Source: Anthoceros angustus
Lineage: Eukaryota > Plantae > Anthocerotophyta
DNA: 64,000 nt
NCBI GenBank assembly: GCA_010909165.1
Contig: VJWM01000172.1
Coordinates: forward strand, 62,001-126,000
Direction: 5' to 3'
The notes beneath the pieces are model-generated. The model was given only the letters and a program-made list of their open reading frames with translations, did not search any database and was not told where the DNA came from. A program made the translations under genes and the position numbers. Each line of letters begins with the position of its first letter. Positions within the stretch are counted from its first letter, which is position 1. Positions 32,879 through 46,089 of this stretch are shown here, piece by piece.

Positions 32879-35800
32879 GGACAGGGGCAGGGGCAGGGAC
32901 AGGAGGATGCAGGGAGGGTTTCGGCGTTGCAGCAGCTGCAGCAGCTGCTGGTGCAGCCGGCGGCTGTGGCGGCGCTGCGGCGGCTGCTGCAGCGGGTGTG
33001 CCAGCAGCTGCACCAGCTGGAGGTGGGGGACAGGGCCCCGCAGTGAGGCAGGCGGCGGCGGCGGCGCACGGGGTGGCGGCTGCAATGGCGGTGGCCGCCG
33101 GGCAGCCGGTGCTCGCAGAGAGGTTCCTGGGGTGGGCGACCCCTCTGGTGGCAGAAGGGGCGGGGATGGTGAGGCCGCCGGACTTGCGGTGGCGGGGTTG
33201 CAGGAGTTTCTGCTGGCGGGGATTTGGGTGCCGTTGAGAGGTATGCGGGTGCAGTCTGCGAGGCGTGCCAGGCGGTGGTGGAGGATGAGAGTGCGCCCAT
33301 GGCCGTGGTCAGGCCGGTGTTGAAGCTGCTGCCCGTGCTGGCGAGGAAGTTCAGGAATGTTTTTGAGCCGCACTTTGCTGATATGGTGGATCTGCTGCTG
33401 GGGTGGGCGCTGGAGGCGGGGCTCGGGGAGGGGGACAGGGAGATGGTGATGGAGACTTTTTTAGGGTTTCAGGATCTGTGGGTGGGGAGGATGGGGTTCA
33501 CGCTGGGATTGCTGGGGAAGTTTCTGGATGATGTGCAGATGCTGGCGCAGGAAAATGCTGGGTCCGGGGGGCAGCAGCGGAGGTTGTCGGGGCTGGTGGA
33601 GTGCTTCGGGGCGGTTTTGAGGGCGACTGTTTCCGGGGTTGTGGAGGCGGGGTGTGAGGGGGAGGTGGCGGGCTTGTGTAGGGAGGTGGGGCTGGTGGGG
33701 AGGTTTATCGGGCTGGTAGGGGTTGTGGGGCGGAGGTATGGGGATTATGGGTTGGTTTTGGAGGGGTTTAAGTGTTTGGTGATGTTTGGGGAGTTGTTGC
33801 GGGGGGAGTTTGGGGAGTATTATGGTGGGGTTGTGGATGTGTTGTTGGAGAGTTTGGGGGTGGAAGGAAGGCCAGGGAGTTTGCAGCATGGGTGCGTGGT
33901 GGGGTTGAGTACGACAGGGGTGACGTCGGGATGCCTGACTTCGCAGCAGGTGCATGGTTTGTTGCAGCTTAATGTTGAGCTGCTTTCGTTGCAGGGGAGT
34001 GGGTTGAATGGAGTAGCTGCTGGCAGGTTGGTGGAGTTTGGGTCCTCGTTTTCGAACCTGCGGCTTCATCCTAACCGGATTGTGACGGGGATTGTATCGG
34101 CTACTTACCTGCTGCTGCTGCAGCAGGGTTCTCCTGCTGCTGGGGAGGTTGGAAGGTGTCTGGTTGATGAGATGGTGGTGCTCAAGGTTTTTTTAGAGCA
34201 GAGTTGTGTCGCAGGAGGTCGGACGAGGTGGGATGGTCTGAAGGAAGGTGGCACGGTTGGTGACGGCAAGGGGTTGTTATTGTTGTCGGATGCGGAATGT
34301 GTGGCATTGTTCCGGTTTGATCTTATGGCTTTGGTCGGTAGCACATGTCTGGCAATGGAGTCCGGGAGGATGGCTCTTGGCATTAAAAAGGAAGGAAGTT
34401 ATGCGGGGTTGGATTTGCAGTTGCAGGACGTGAATGTCCTGCTGAGGCTGAAGGAATTGAGGAAGTGCATATGGGAGAAGTTGAATCCTTTCAGTAACCC
34501 TCTGCAGTGCTATCCTGATCTTCAACTTGCATTAGTGCGAGCTCTACACAGGTTGGATCGCGCCCGCGTCTGGAACCATCAAGAGATACCTCCTGAGGAT
34601 AACAGGCAGGTGAAGGAGGTTCTGTCAGCTGAAGAAACTGAGCATGAGCTGGGTCTGGAGCACAAAAGGCTCTGTTTGTTTGAAAGCAGTCACATCATAG
34701 CCCAAGGCTTAAGTGCTTCTGCAAGTCTGTCTGTGAAGCTTGAAGTGCTGAATTGGATCAACAGCTTGTGCGAGGTAGTCTTTGTTTGCGGGCAAGCTGC
34801 GAACAAAGCCGTGGATAGTGTGGCAATGAAGAGCGGCATTTGCAAGGATTCTGCTGGCAGAGGAGTCCAGTCAGCAGCAGCGGACTCTAGTAATGTGACC
34901 ATTGGGCAGATAGTACCTGCTAATCTGTTGTGGATGCTTCTTGCAGCTGCGTCAGACAAGGAATCGAAGGTGAGAGAACGTGTGGCGGCAGTCCTGGAGA
35001 TGCTTTTACAAGCTGAAGTTATTGATGCATCTCAGGTGCATGCTGTTGCCATTGTTGCTCTCGAGCAGTTGGGTGACTCTGAGCCAGCATTGCAAATCGC
35101 GTACAGGCAAGTCCTGCTTGCCTATGGTCCTGCAGCTTTGTGGACGGACAATGGGAAGGCTGGTGCCATAGGTGCTAGCCGTTCTGGCTTCTTTGTGTTC
35201 AATGACAGAAAACCACAACACTGGAAGGCACTTTTTTCCTTGAAGCCGTTTTCCCAGCACTTGCGTCCTCAGCAACTCGTTTGCATCCTGAATTATGTTT
35301 CACAGCGGTGGCAGGTTCTTCCCTCCCACTGGGTGCAACGATTGGTGCATACTTCTCCTAGCTATGTGAAGGCAGGTGGCACAGCATCTGTGAAGTCTTT
35401 GGGGGAAGAAAATGTTACACAGCATGATGCTGCCGGGTCTGAATCCAGTGTAGAAGCAGTGGGCGCCTTGGTGGCTGGGGTTGTGGACTTGCTGGCCAAG
35501 GCATGTTCAAGCAACAACCTTGCAGCGCTATGGTGGTGCATTCAAGAGGCTGCACGCCATTGTGTGGCTGTCAGGCTCCGTACCCACCTCGGTGGGCCTA
35601 CACAGACATTCGCCGCCATAGAACGCATGCTGCTTGAAGTCGCCCAGCTTTTGCAAGCAGATGGCCTAAGGGAGGTTGTAGGGCTTGGAAGTACTTCGAG
35701 CGTGCGTTTGCTGCCTATGCGCCTCTTGCTTGAATTCGTGGAAGCGCTTAAGAAGAACGTTTATAATGCTTTTGATGGGTCTCTAGTCTTACCTGCCGCA

Positions 35801-38800
35801 CCATCTGCAAGTGCCCTCTTCTTTCGTGCAAACAAGAAGGTGTGTGAGGAGTGGTTCTGTAGAATTCGAGAAGCCTTGATGAATGCCAGCATTGCCATCC
35901 AATGTCATTCTGGTACGGTGCATCAAGCAACCTGGCGCTTGCAGGACTTGAGAGCCATGTCAGCCACTGTCCTTCGAGAGCAGCCACCCCGTTCACAGAT
36001 GTCTGACAGCATGAAGTTCAAGGTACAGCAGGATGTCGGCCGTGTTCTGCGGAATGCCTCTCTTGCTTTGTGCAGAGCACATGATGCTGATACTTTGGTA
36101 GGTCTCCAAGTATGGGCTTCGTCAACCTTTGGTCCTCTCTTCATCGAAGATGGGCTGGTCTTGCAGAGGGCGAGCAGCCCAGTGGGACCGTTTGGCTGGA
36201 TGCATGGGCTTGCATTTCAGGGTCGAGGACAGTATGAGCAGGCAGCAGCTCACTTTGCTCACTTGCTGCAGTCAGAGGAGGCACTGGGTGCCATGGGAGC
36301 TGATGGTGTGCAGTTTACAATAGCTCGTACAATTGAGAGCTATGTAGCAATTGCCGATTGGGAATCTCTTGATTCATGGTTGCAGACTTTGCAAATGCTC
36401 CGAGCAAGGCATGCTGGCAAAGCTTACTCGGGTGCTTTAACAACTGCTGGCAATGATATGAATTCCATTCACGCTTTGGCCCGCTATGATGCAGGCGACT
36501 TGTCGGGAGCTTGGGGTTACCTGGACCTGACACCACAGAGCAGCAATGAACTCACTGCTGATCCCAGGCTGGCCCTTCAGCGAAGTGAGCAAATGCTTTT
36601 GCAGGCAATGATGCACTATGATAACAAAAGGGAAGATGCCTTAAAGGAGATATTAACTTCTAGAGCAATGCTGGAGGAAGCGCTGCTGGTTGCTGGAATG
36701 GATGGTCTGTCTGACGCAGCGCCTTTTATTGTGCAGCTTGAGTCTGTCAGAGTCTTTGAGGAAGGTATGAATGAGGGTTCAGTTTCAGTAGGGCAGCCAG
36801 TAAAAAAGGCTGTGCTGAGTGCTATGCCTAATGTGATCTCATCTCCATATGAGATACAGCATCAGGATTGTTCCCTTTGGTTGAAACTTCTCAGAGTCTA
36901 TCGAGCCACAAATCCAAGCTCACAGCTTACACTGCAACTTCAGCAGCAGCTTGTGAAACTGGCAAGAAAGCAGCATAATTTCAAGCTTGCCCATCGATTA
37001 CTGCCATCGTCTTTGGTTGAGGAGGTACTGAATGCTAGAGCTTTGACAGATGCAGGGTGGGAGTCACTGAAACTAAGTTTCGAGTTTGAAAGTATTCTGC
37101 TTCTGTTTGCTGAGGACAAGCAAGATGAAGCAGTTGAGAGATTATGGAATTTTGTCCAATGTGATCTCGCACGCTGTTCACTGGGGCCTCCATTTGAAGC
37201 TCTGGGTGGGAACAGGAGCTTCATCAAGGCGAAAGCCTGTTTGAAACTTTCGTCCTGGCTAAGCTGCAAAAAACACCATTTGTCTCCAAGTCTTCTTTCA
37301 AAGATGACTCTGGACACACGTGGAAGTTTCGGCTGTAGAGAAGAGAACTTGGCCCAGGTCAGGGGAGAGTTGAACTGTCCCTCAAGTTTAGAGGAGGTTG
37401 TTGGGGCGACAATGAAGGTTGCCACCGCAATTTGTCCAGGAAGGGCCAAAGCCTGGTTTTCGTACGCCTGCTGGTGCTATGAACATGCAAAGGGCTATTT
37501 CTCAGGAGCAGCTCTGATGCCCAAGCCAACTGCTTTTTTGCAATTGCTTGAATCAGAAGTGAATGGCAGTGACAGCAGTTTGACAGAACGCGAAGTGGCC
37601 AATATCCGCCTCATCATTGTTACTGCTGCAGGTGGGCAAGGTTTGAGTGTGCCCTTGATTTCCGAGTCGGAAAGTGTCGACGAGGGTAAAGCGAGCTATG
37701 TAGAGTCCTTGGTTCAGCGCATTGTTTTTGTCATGCAAGCAGCTGCTGGAGCAGCCGGAGTTGAAGACTCGGAGGGTGATTCCCCTGCCTCTCTTCTTTC
37801 TTTCCAGCTGCAGCAGGAGTTGAAGGTCCTTCAGCTGAATTCATCCCTTTGCATATCCCTTGTGAGTCAGCTGATGACCATATGGTGGGCGTTACGCCGC
37901 CGAAGGGTTATCTTGTTTGGTCATGCTGCTCGTGGATTCTTGCAGTATCTGTCCATGTCAAATTATCAGCAGAAAACAAGGACTCAGGCCAGTCTGTTTG
38001 ACCGAGGGAAAGCAGAGAGGAAGGATACTAGTCTCCTCGCATCCTTGTATGTCCTCCGGATCCTGCTAAATTATGGTGTAGAGCTGGAAGACTCTCTTCA
38101 GCAAGGTCTGTCCATGGTGCCTCCTTCCCCTTGGCAGGCCATCACCCCGCAGCTTCTAGCTCGCCTGAGCAGTCATCCTGAACTTAGAGTGCGTAAGCAG
38201 CTCCAAGGACTGCTGATTGCCTTGGCCAATGTTTCACCTTGGGCAATTGTATACCCAACTTTGGTGGACTACAATGCTTGTGACGGAAGTCCCTCAGATG
38301 AACTTCAACATCTGTTGGGCTGCCTGGAAAATCTTCACCCTAAGCTTGTGGGGGATGTCCAAGTGATGATTGCGGAGCTGGGATCGATTACTGTTCTTTG
38401 GGAGGAACAGTGGCTAAGCACCCTCCAGGACTTGCACAGTGATGTAGCACGGCGGATCAACACGCTCAAAGAAGAAGCCACTAGAGTAGCAGAGAATCCT
38501 ACATTGAGCCACACCGAGAAAGTACGTATCAATGCAGCCAAGTATTCAGCTATGATGGCACCAATTGCTGTTGCTTTGGAGCGGAGACTCGCTTCAACAT
38601 CAAGAACTCCTGCGACTCCTCATGAAATATGGTTTCAGGAGCATTTTGGAGGTCAGCTTAAGGCAGCAATTTCTGCTTTCAAACTACCCCCAAGTGGGTC
38701 AGCATCTCTAGGTGATGCATGGCGGCCTCTAGATATGATTGCCGCATCTCTTGCAAATTACCAGAAGAAGTCAGCCACTGTTCTGGCTGAAGTGTCTCCT

Positions 38801-41800
38801 TTGCTTGCTGCTTTGAAGTCATCAGAGGCACCCATGCCAGGGCTTGAAGTGGGTATTTCAAACCACCATGCTGAAATTGGTGGTGGGGTGAAAGGGCCCA
38901 CTGTTGCTGAAACGGTCACCGTGGCTGCACTAGACGAGCAGGTCTTCATTTTGTCAACCAAGACAAAGCCAAAGAAACTGTCACTTGTTGGGTCTGATGG
39001 CCAGCGATACAGGTACTTGCTCAAAGGCCGGGAGGACCTTCGACTCGATGCAAGGATTATGCAACTTTTGCATGCTGTGAATGGCATGCTATCTGCGAGT
39101 AGTCACACAAGACGGCAAGGACTCTCTGTGAGGTATTACTCTGTGACACCTATAAGTGGTAGAGCCGGTTTGATACAGTGGGTTGATAACCTAACAAGCA
39201 TGTACAGTGTATACAAGGCATGGCAGCAGCGCACACAAGCTGCCCAGTTAGCCGCCAATCCTGCAGGCACTAGCGGCTCTGCTGGTCCACCAGCCATTCC
39301 ACGCCCCAGTGATATGTTTTATGGGAAGATAATACCTGCCTTGAAAGAGAAGGGTTTGCGGAAAGTGATTTCCCGGAGGGATTGGCCCCAGGAAGTGAAG
39401 CGTAAGGTCCTGTTGGAGCTCATGAAGGAGACACCTCGGCAGGTTCTGTACAAAGAGCTCTGGTGTGCCAGTGAAGGGATTACTGCTTTCTCCTCAAAGT
39501 TGCAGCGGTTCTCTGGAAGTGTTGCTGTTATGAGTATGGTTGGCCATGTTCTGGGATTGGGGGACCGTCACCTAGACAATATCCTTGTGGATTTCAGTAC
39601 TGGCGATGTCATACACATTGACTACAATGTCTGTTTTGACAAGGGCCTGCGCTTAAAAATCCCAGAAATTGTTCCTTTCCGCCTTACTCAAACAATCCAA
39701 GCAGCTTTGGGTTTGACGGGAGTGGAAGGTACATTTCGAGCAAGCTGTGAAGCAGTCCTGGAAGCGCTGCAAAGAAACAAAGAACTTATTCTGATGCTTC
39801 TGGAGGTGTTCGTGTGGGACCCTCTGGTGGAATGGATGAGAGGTGATGGTCATGATGAGGCCACGATTGGTGGAGAAGAACGGAAAGGGATGGAATTGGC
39901 TGTAAGTTTGAGTCTCTTTGCTTCGCGCGTCCAGGAAATCCGAGTTCCTCTGCAGGAGCATCATGATCAGTTGCTTGCCACTCTTCCTGCTGCTGTGGAC
40001 TCACTTCAGGCATTAGCAGAGGCGTCTGAGCACTTTGAGAGGGCAACAGCAGGTAGCATGCAGACAGAACAGAAAAAGTCCTCTGCTGCCCAAAATGAGG
40101 CTGCTGCACGAGGGGTTATGAATGATGCATCTTCAGTGCTGGATGAGGCTCGATTGACCTTCGAATCACAAGCAATAGAGTTCACTCTTGCAAAGGGCCT
40201 CGTCTCAGAAGCTGCCAAGGAGTTTACGCAGTGGATTGAGCACCATGGTAAAGTCTTGGAGTCATTGCGCAGTGGTTCTGTGTCTGAAATGCAGGCCATA
40301 GGACAGCTTCCCAGTCCTGTTGAAGCATTATCACTCACAGCAGCAGTTCTTGCGGCCGGAGTTCCGCTGACTGTCGTGCCAGAGCCTGCGCAAGTTCATT
40401 GCAAGGAGGTTGATAGAGAAGTGGCACAGCTCACTGCTGCAAGACATGAGTATCTTCTGTATGCAGCCAGAGCACTTGGAGCCTACTCTGTGGCATTGCA
40501 GCGCCTTCTTCCACTGAACTATGTTGGAACTAGTCATGTGCATACTTGGGCTCAGATCCTGCAACGTTCAGTGAGACAGCTTTCACCAGATGTTCTTACT
40601 GTGGCTAAAAGGCAAGCAGCTGACCTTGTTGGAAGACGTTCTGGGGAGCATGATGAAGCTGCATGGCATAAGTATGAGGCTGTACGTAGGCATGTTGAGA
40701 AACTTGTCGAGGAGTCAAAAATGTTGCGGGAGGCCCATGCTGAGCTGGAGAGATCTATTGATCCAGATGCTGAGAGGAAGGCAAAGGATCGGTTGGTGGG
40801 GATTTTCACACGGCACCTTCAAGGTGGTAGCCACTTGATGAAGAAGGAAGATGATAGCATCGGGTTGTCTGGAAATCAAGGCAAATTGGTGGAAGAGTTG
40901 AAGGACAAGGATTTGGAAAGTGAGGACAAAAAATTGAAGTTGATTGTTGTACTGCAGGCTGCAGCAGGTACGATGTACACTGAAATTGCTGATGCGGTAT
41001 CAGACCTGTGTAATGCATCAGATTCTGCAGTGAAACTCGGAAATAGTCAAGAGCGTGGGAATGATCAGAAATGGTGTTTACCCATACTGCAGAATCTGAC
41101 AGAAAGGTGTGTGCTTGTGTCTGAAATTTTGGATGAAGTTCAGCGGGGCATTACTACTGACACAGGAAATCGATCTACCTCTGCATGGAGTTCACCAGAT
41201 CCTACACCTACAGAGTGGGCTCTGAGGTGCAGAGAGTGCATTGTGGGAGTGAAGGATCTTGTCAGCCAAATGGTTGCAGTGGTGCTTCCTGAGGCCATTA
41301 AAGCTGCACTATCAAATGATCCAGCTGTTCTGGAAGCCTTTGGTGCCCTTTCCGAGATCAGGGGGACTGTTGACTCAGCTCTGGAGCAGGTTGCAGAGAT
41401 CGAACGGCAGCGGTCATCGCTTGGTGAGTTAGAAAGGAGCTATCCGGCAAAGTTTGGTGAGATATCCCAGCAACTAGCATCTCTTGAAGAAGCTGCAATG
41501 AGTGGCAGGGATCATCTCTCTTGGGAAGAGGCTGAAGAGCTTGCTAGTCAGGAAGAAGCTTGTCGTGCTATGCAAGATAAGTTACATAGAGCATGGGCCC
41601 AGCGGGGTGCACAAGCTAATGCGTTGTCACGACAAGAAGCAGAAGTCCAATCCACTTTGATATCTGCAGAACAACGATTTGATTCTCTGGTAGAAATTGA
41701 TAGAGATGCAGACTTGCACCTTATGCGAGGGAAAGTCCTGCTTGCAGCTTTTGCCAGGTTATTCTCTGGACTTGCAAGCGTGGATCAGGCATTGGGTGTC

Positions 41801-44751
41801 TATAAGCACGAGGCTGACACAGAAATCGATCTACCTCTGCATGGAGTTCACTAGATCCTACACCTACAGAGTGGGCTCTGAGGTGCAGAGAGTGCATTGT
41901 GGGAGTGAAGGATCTTGTCAGCCAAATGGTTGCAGTGGTGCTTCCTGAGGCCATTAAAGCTGCACTATCAAATGATCCAGCTGTTCTGGAAGCCTTTGGT
42001 GCCCTTTCCGAGATCAGGGGGACTGTTGACTCAGCTCTGGAGCAGGTTGCAGAGATCGAACGGCAGCGGTCATCGCTTGGTGAGTTAGAAAGGAGCTATC
42101 CGGCAAAGTTTGGTGAGATATCCCAGCAACTAGCATCTCTTGAAGAAGCTGCAATGAGTGGCAGGGATCATCTCTCTTGGGAAGAGGCTGAAGAGCTTGC
42201 TAGTCAGGAAGAAGCTTGTCGTGCTATGCAAGATAAGTTACATAGAGCATGGGCCCAGCGGGGTGCACAAGCTAATGCGTTGTCACGACAAGAAGCAGAA
42301 GTCCAATCCACTTTGATATCTGCAGAACAACGATTTGATTCTCTGGTAGAAATTGATAGAGATGCAGACTTGCACCTTATGCGAGGGAAAGTCCTGCTTG
42401 CAGCTTTTGCCAGGTTATTCTCTGGACTTGCAAGCGTGGATCAGGCATTGGGTGTCTATAAGCACGAGGCTTTGCGACACAGAACTCATGGTGGTCAATT
42501 GAACTTGATGAGGGGCCACACGCTTGAATCTGTCTGGAAGGCATCAACTATCCTACAGGACAAAACGTTTTTTGTATGGAAAGTCAGAATGATGGATGCT
42601 TTACTTGAGGCTTGCATTCAAGATGCTTTACCATTGGCGGATGTGGGTCTCACTAATGACCAGCTGCTCAGTCATCAGAAGAAAAGACGTGAGGAGCAGC
42701 TTCAAGGCTATTTAGACCAATATCTGAAAGAGAGAGTGTCTGTTGTACTTCTTGAGTGCCTGATGGATGGAAGACAATGGATGAGGCCAAGCACAAGTGC
42801 TGAGGAGGATGGGGTTCATGTGATCAGAAAGGAAGCAGAGCCTGTGAAAAGAGCTTTGCGCCTGCTCCGAGAGTATTGTGATATTCATGAAACAGTGAGT
42901 GCGTCCAAAGCTGCTGCATCATCAATGAAGTTGCAATTAGAGGATGTCACTCAAAGTTTGCAAAAAGCTCAGCTGGAAGCTGCCCAGCTGGAATGGCTGC
43001 ATGAGGCTGCATTATCACGATCCATTCCTCAAAGTCAACTACTTGGCATGCCAGGTGCAGTTGCTGCAGATGCAAACTTGCCTAATGTGTCATGGTGGAG
43101 TCGTCAGCAAGTCATGGGGAACCTTCGATCCTCTATAGCTAAAATCACACAAGCAACAGAAGCTTTATTAGCATGCGATGTTCCAGGGAGCTCTGCTGAA
43201 GAACAGCTGGATAGGGCTATGGCTTGGGCATGTGCCGGTTCTAGCACTTCTACATCAAGCGGGAGCACTTCAGCGAGGAGTGTAGGCATTCCTACGGAGT
43301 TCCATGAGCACCTTCGCCGAAGGCGCCAGCTTTTGTGGTCAGGTCAAGAGCAGGCTTCTGGGATAGTGAGGTTGTGTGAGGCTGTTGTGAACTTTGAGGA
43401 ATCCAGAGAGGGTTATCTCTTGACGACACCTGCCTCCAGCAATGTTGATGAGAAAACAGATTGGCAGCAGACATGTCAAAATCTGCTCTGTAGATTAGAA
43501 AATGTCTGCCTCTCTTTCACCAGATCTGACTTGGAGTGCCAGGCATCCCAGAAGAGTAGAGAGGTTGCAGCTGCTTTATTAACAAGTGCAATGCAGGACT
43601 ATTCTCGGGCAGCCACAGAAGCGACCATTGCTACACTGGAACTCCGGCATTCTAGTGAAGAACTTCAAGAACACATTGTTCACTCTGCAGCTGCGGTGAG
43701 TGGTTTTTGCCAGGTTTTACGTCACCACTCGTCGCTGACAGTTGAAAGTGGCACCATGCTCGAAGAGGTTTTAGCCATAACTGATGGCGCAGCAGGTGCC
43801 ACAGAGGTGCATAGCCTGGCACAGGAAGCTTCAGCAGAGCATAGCCGGATGATGGCTGACCTGAATAAGATAAGCGGACTGCTTCTACCTGTGGAACCGC
43901 TTCTTGCTGCCTGCTGTACAGCTATCACTAACCACAAGAGAGTAGGAGATGCTGAGAAAAAGGCAGATAGTCTGAACCTTTCATCGGTGCAGTCTTTTCA
44001 TCTTCGGGATGTGCTGCCTTCATGTGTGGGTACTGTGCCTGGTCTTCTTGACTCAGTCAGAAAATTGCACTCTACTCTCACTAAGTTGGCACGCACTGCA
44101 AGTTCTGATGCTGGTGTGCTGCATAAAGCTTTGGAGGGGGTAGGTGAAAGCCAAGGGGTTAGATCTCAAGATGTCGAGGCCCCAGGAGGCCTAGCTGATG
44201 CAGAGGTCCTTTTCCCCAATGACCAAGCTGATGGTACTGTTGAGCCATTGGTGGAGCTACGTGCAATGCATGGAGAGTCAGTCCTGGAAGAGGACCTTCT
44301 GTTGGATGATGATGAAGACAACTGGATCTCGCCTCCTGGCAGTGACCAAACTAGTGAAACAGCATACTTGTCCAACAGGACAGCTTTGGATAATATATCC
44401 CAAAACATGAAAGCTACTGGGGCACCCTTGGCCAGCACTGCTGCTGAGAATCAAGATGGGGTAGAAGAGCGTCCAGGGATACAATTAAAAGTGCAGAGGA
44501 CAGTAAGTCCAGCTGCTTATAGCAATGTGAACTCCTCGGCGTCTCTTCCGTCACCCCAAGTGGAACCTCAGAAAGAAAAAAATGCTTATGCCGTGTCTGT
44601 ACTGAGACGTGTGCGAACAAAGTTGGAAGGTCGTGATATTGATGGGAGCAGGCATCTTCCTGTGTCAGAGCAAGTTGATTATCTGCTTCGCCAAGCCACA
44701 AGCATTGACAACTTGTGCAACATGTTTGAGGGATGGACTCCTTGGATCTGA
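32762..44751 (+). CDS. SMG1: SMG1 PIKK kinase (nonsense-mediated decay), intronless, ~3778 aa after correcting three 1-bp deletions and a 656-bp duplication
   Basis: N-terminus MQAQEAQQQIAALL, SMG1 domain, kinase core (TKPKKL, LLKGREDLRLD, LGLGDRHLDN, HIDYNVCF) and FATC end (EQVDYLLRQATSIDNLCNMFEGWTPWI). Frameshifts at ~33040, ~33165, ~33220 and at the duplication. Confidence 0.96.
41157..42471. repeat. 656-bp tandem duplication inside SMG1
   Basis: Copies offset by 656 bp; I found one substitution (CCAG versus CTAG near 41852). GACACAG(G)AA occurs at 41159, 41816 and 42476. Confidence 0.95.
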
Positions 44752-45660
44752 TTTGTCACCTGCTGCTAGCACAGCTTGATAGACCCTCTGCTTCAAGGGA
44801 TATGTGAGAGTAGCAAAGATCTGGAACAGAGAGGAGAACAAAACGTTATATACTCAAGAATTGGAGGTAAGGTTCTCTCAGGTATTAGTACGTGGGTTTC
44901 CTTGTTGCTATTTATGGAGTGTTGGATCATTGAAGCTCTGACACGTGTTTTTGATTGGCGCTGGAGGGTGAAAGCACAATTGAAGACGTACCGCTGAGTC
45001 TATAGTGACGCGAAATTGTGCCGAATGTTGAGGAAAAGCTTATTTGTGCGTATGTTGAAGAAAAGCTTATTTGTGCCGAATGTGGAGGAGGTGGTCTTAT
45101 GTTAAGTAGGTGTACACCGCCCGCCCTTTTCGTACGTCTCATTCTCTCAAGTCATCTCTAGGTTTTCAATCCGTGTTTACTCAGGTTTTTTTGGAGACCA
45201 CCAGTATGTCACGCAAAAACTCACAACCTTTAAACGGTGAATCTGTTTTGGTAGAAGGGCAAAGGGGTACGAGGATCCATGTCAGGGCATGTTTGTACAA
45301 CTTTTCTCAGGTGGGAATCATTAACTGAAGGGTCCATGAGGGTACTTAATTCTCAGTTGGGAATCTAGGTTGAGTCACTGAAGGGCTTGTTAGAATCCTC
45401 GTTACGGTATACTTTCTACCAGCTGCTGCTTGTTTCACATTAAGCTAGTCTTTGGAGAGGCTGGCCCAAGAGAATGCATTGTGGACAGGACTCATCCTAT
45501 CGGGAAATAGTCTATTAACACTGAAAGGATGCTAAAATTATGGCAGTTGGAGAAGCAGAAACCATGTGCAGGATATGATGCAAAGCTACATCAGAATCTA
45601 CACCCATAGGTACAGAGTAGATAGCCCGAAGAAAGCTGCTGATGAAATTTGAGAGGAAGC

Positions 45661-45885
45661 CTGAATGGCAAGCACGACATGGAGAAAGCGTATGTGTATT
45701 CCTCCTCTTCTTAGCAAGCCTGCAGTCTGTGTTTTCCGTTTCTTACCAAGATTGAATGGCAAGCACGACATGGAGAAGCGGATTTTGTGTATTCCTTCTC
45801 TTTTTGCAAACCTGGAAGGTTCTAGGTTTTTGCAAACCTTCCCAGCCTTGCAAACCTTCTCAGCCACTCTGAATGGCAAGTCTAA
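45661..45885. repeat. Diverged direct repeats beginning TGAATGGCAAG(CACGACATGGAGAA)
   Basis: Motif at ~45662, ~45753 and, partially, ~45870. Confidence 0.7.
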
Positions 45886-46089
45886 GTATTCTTAGGGTTG
45901 TTTTTCACGGAGTCCATAAAATACGGGCTCTTGTAAAACTCCTTTGGTGTTTCGCCCTCTCTTCAATATTTAGAGGGTATATTTTTTTGCGCGTTCATAT
46001 ATTTAGAGGGTATACTCTTTCTCCGCGGGGGCACGTTCATGTGAACGAAAAAGCCCGTGTTTGTAAAAAAACTGTGACAATTGCTAGCG

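Noticed and set aside
32101-33373. 399-aa and 246-aa minus ORFs, and small plus ORFs at 32121-32574
   Set aside because: Explained by transporter exon 1 (32245-32113, minus) and the frameshifted SMG1 5' end; low-complexity shadows.
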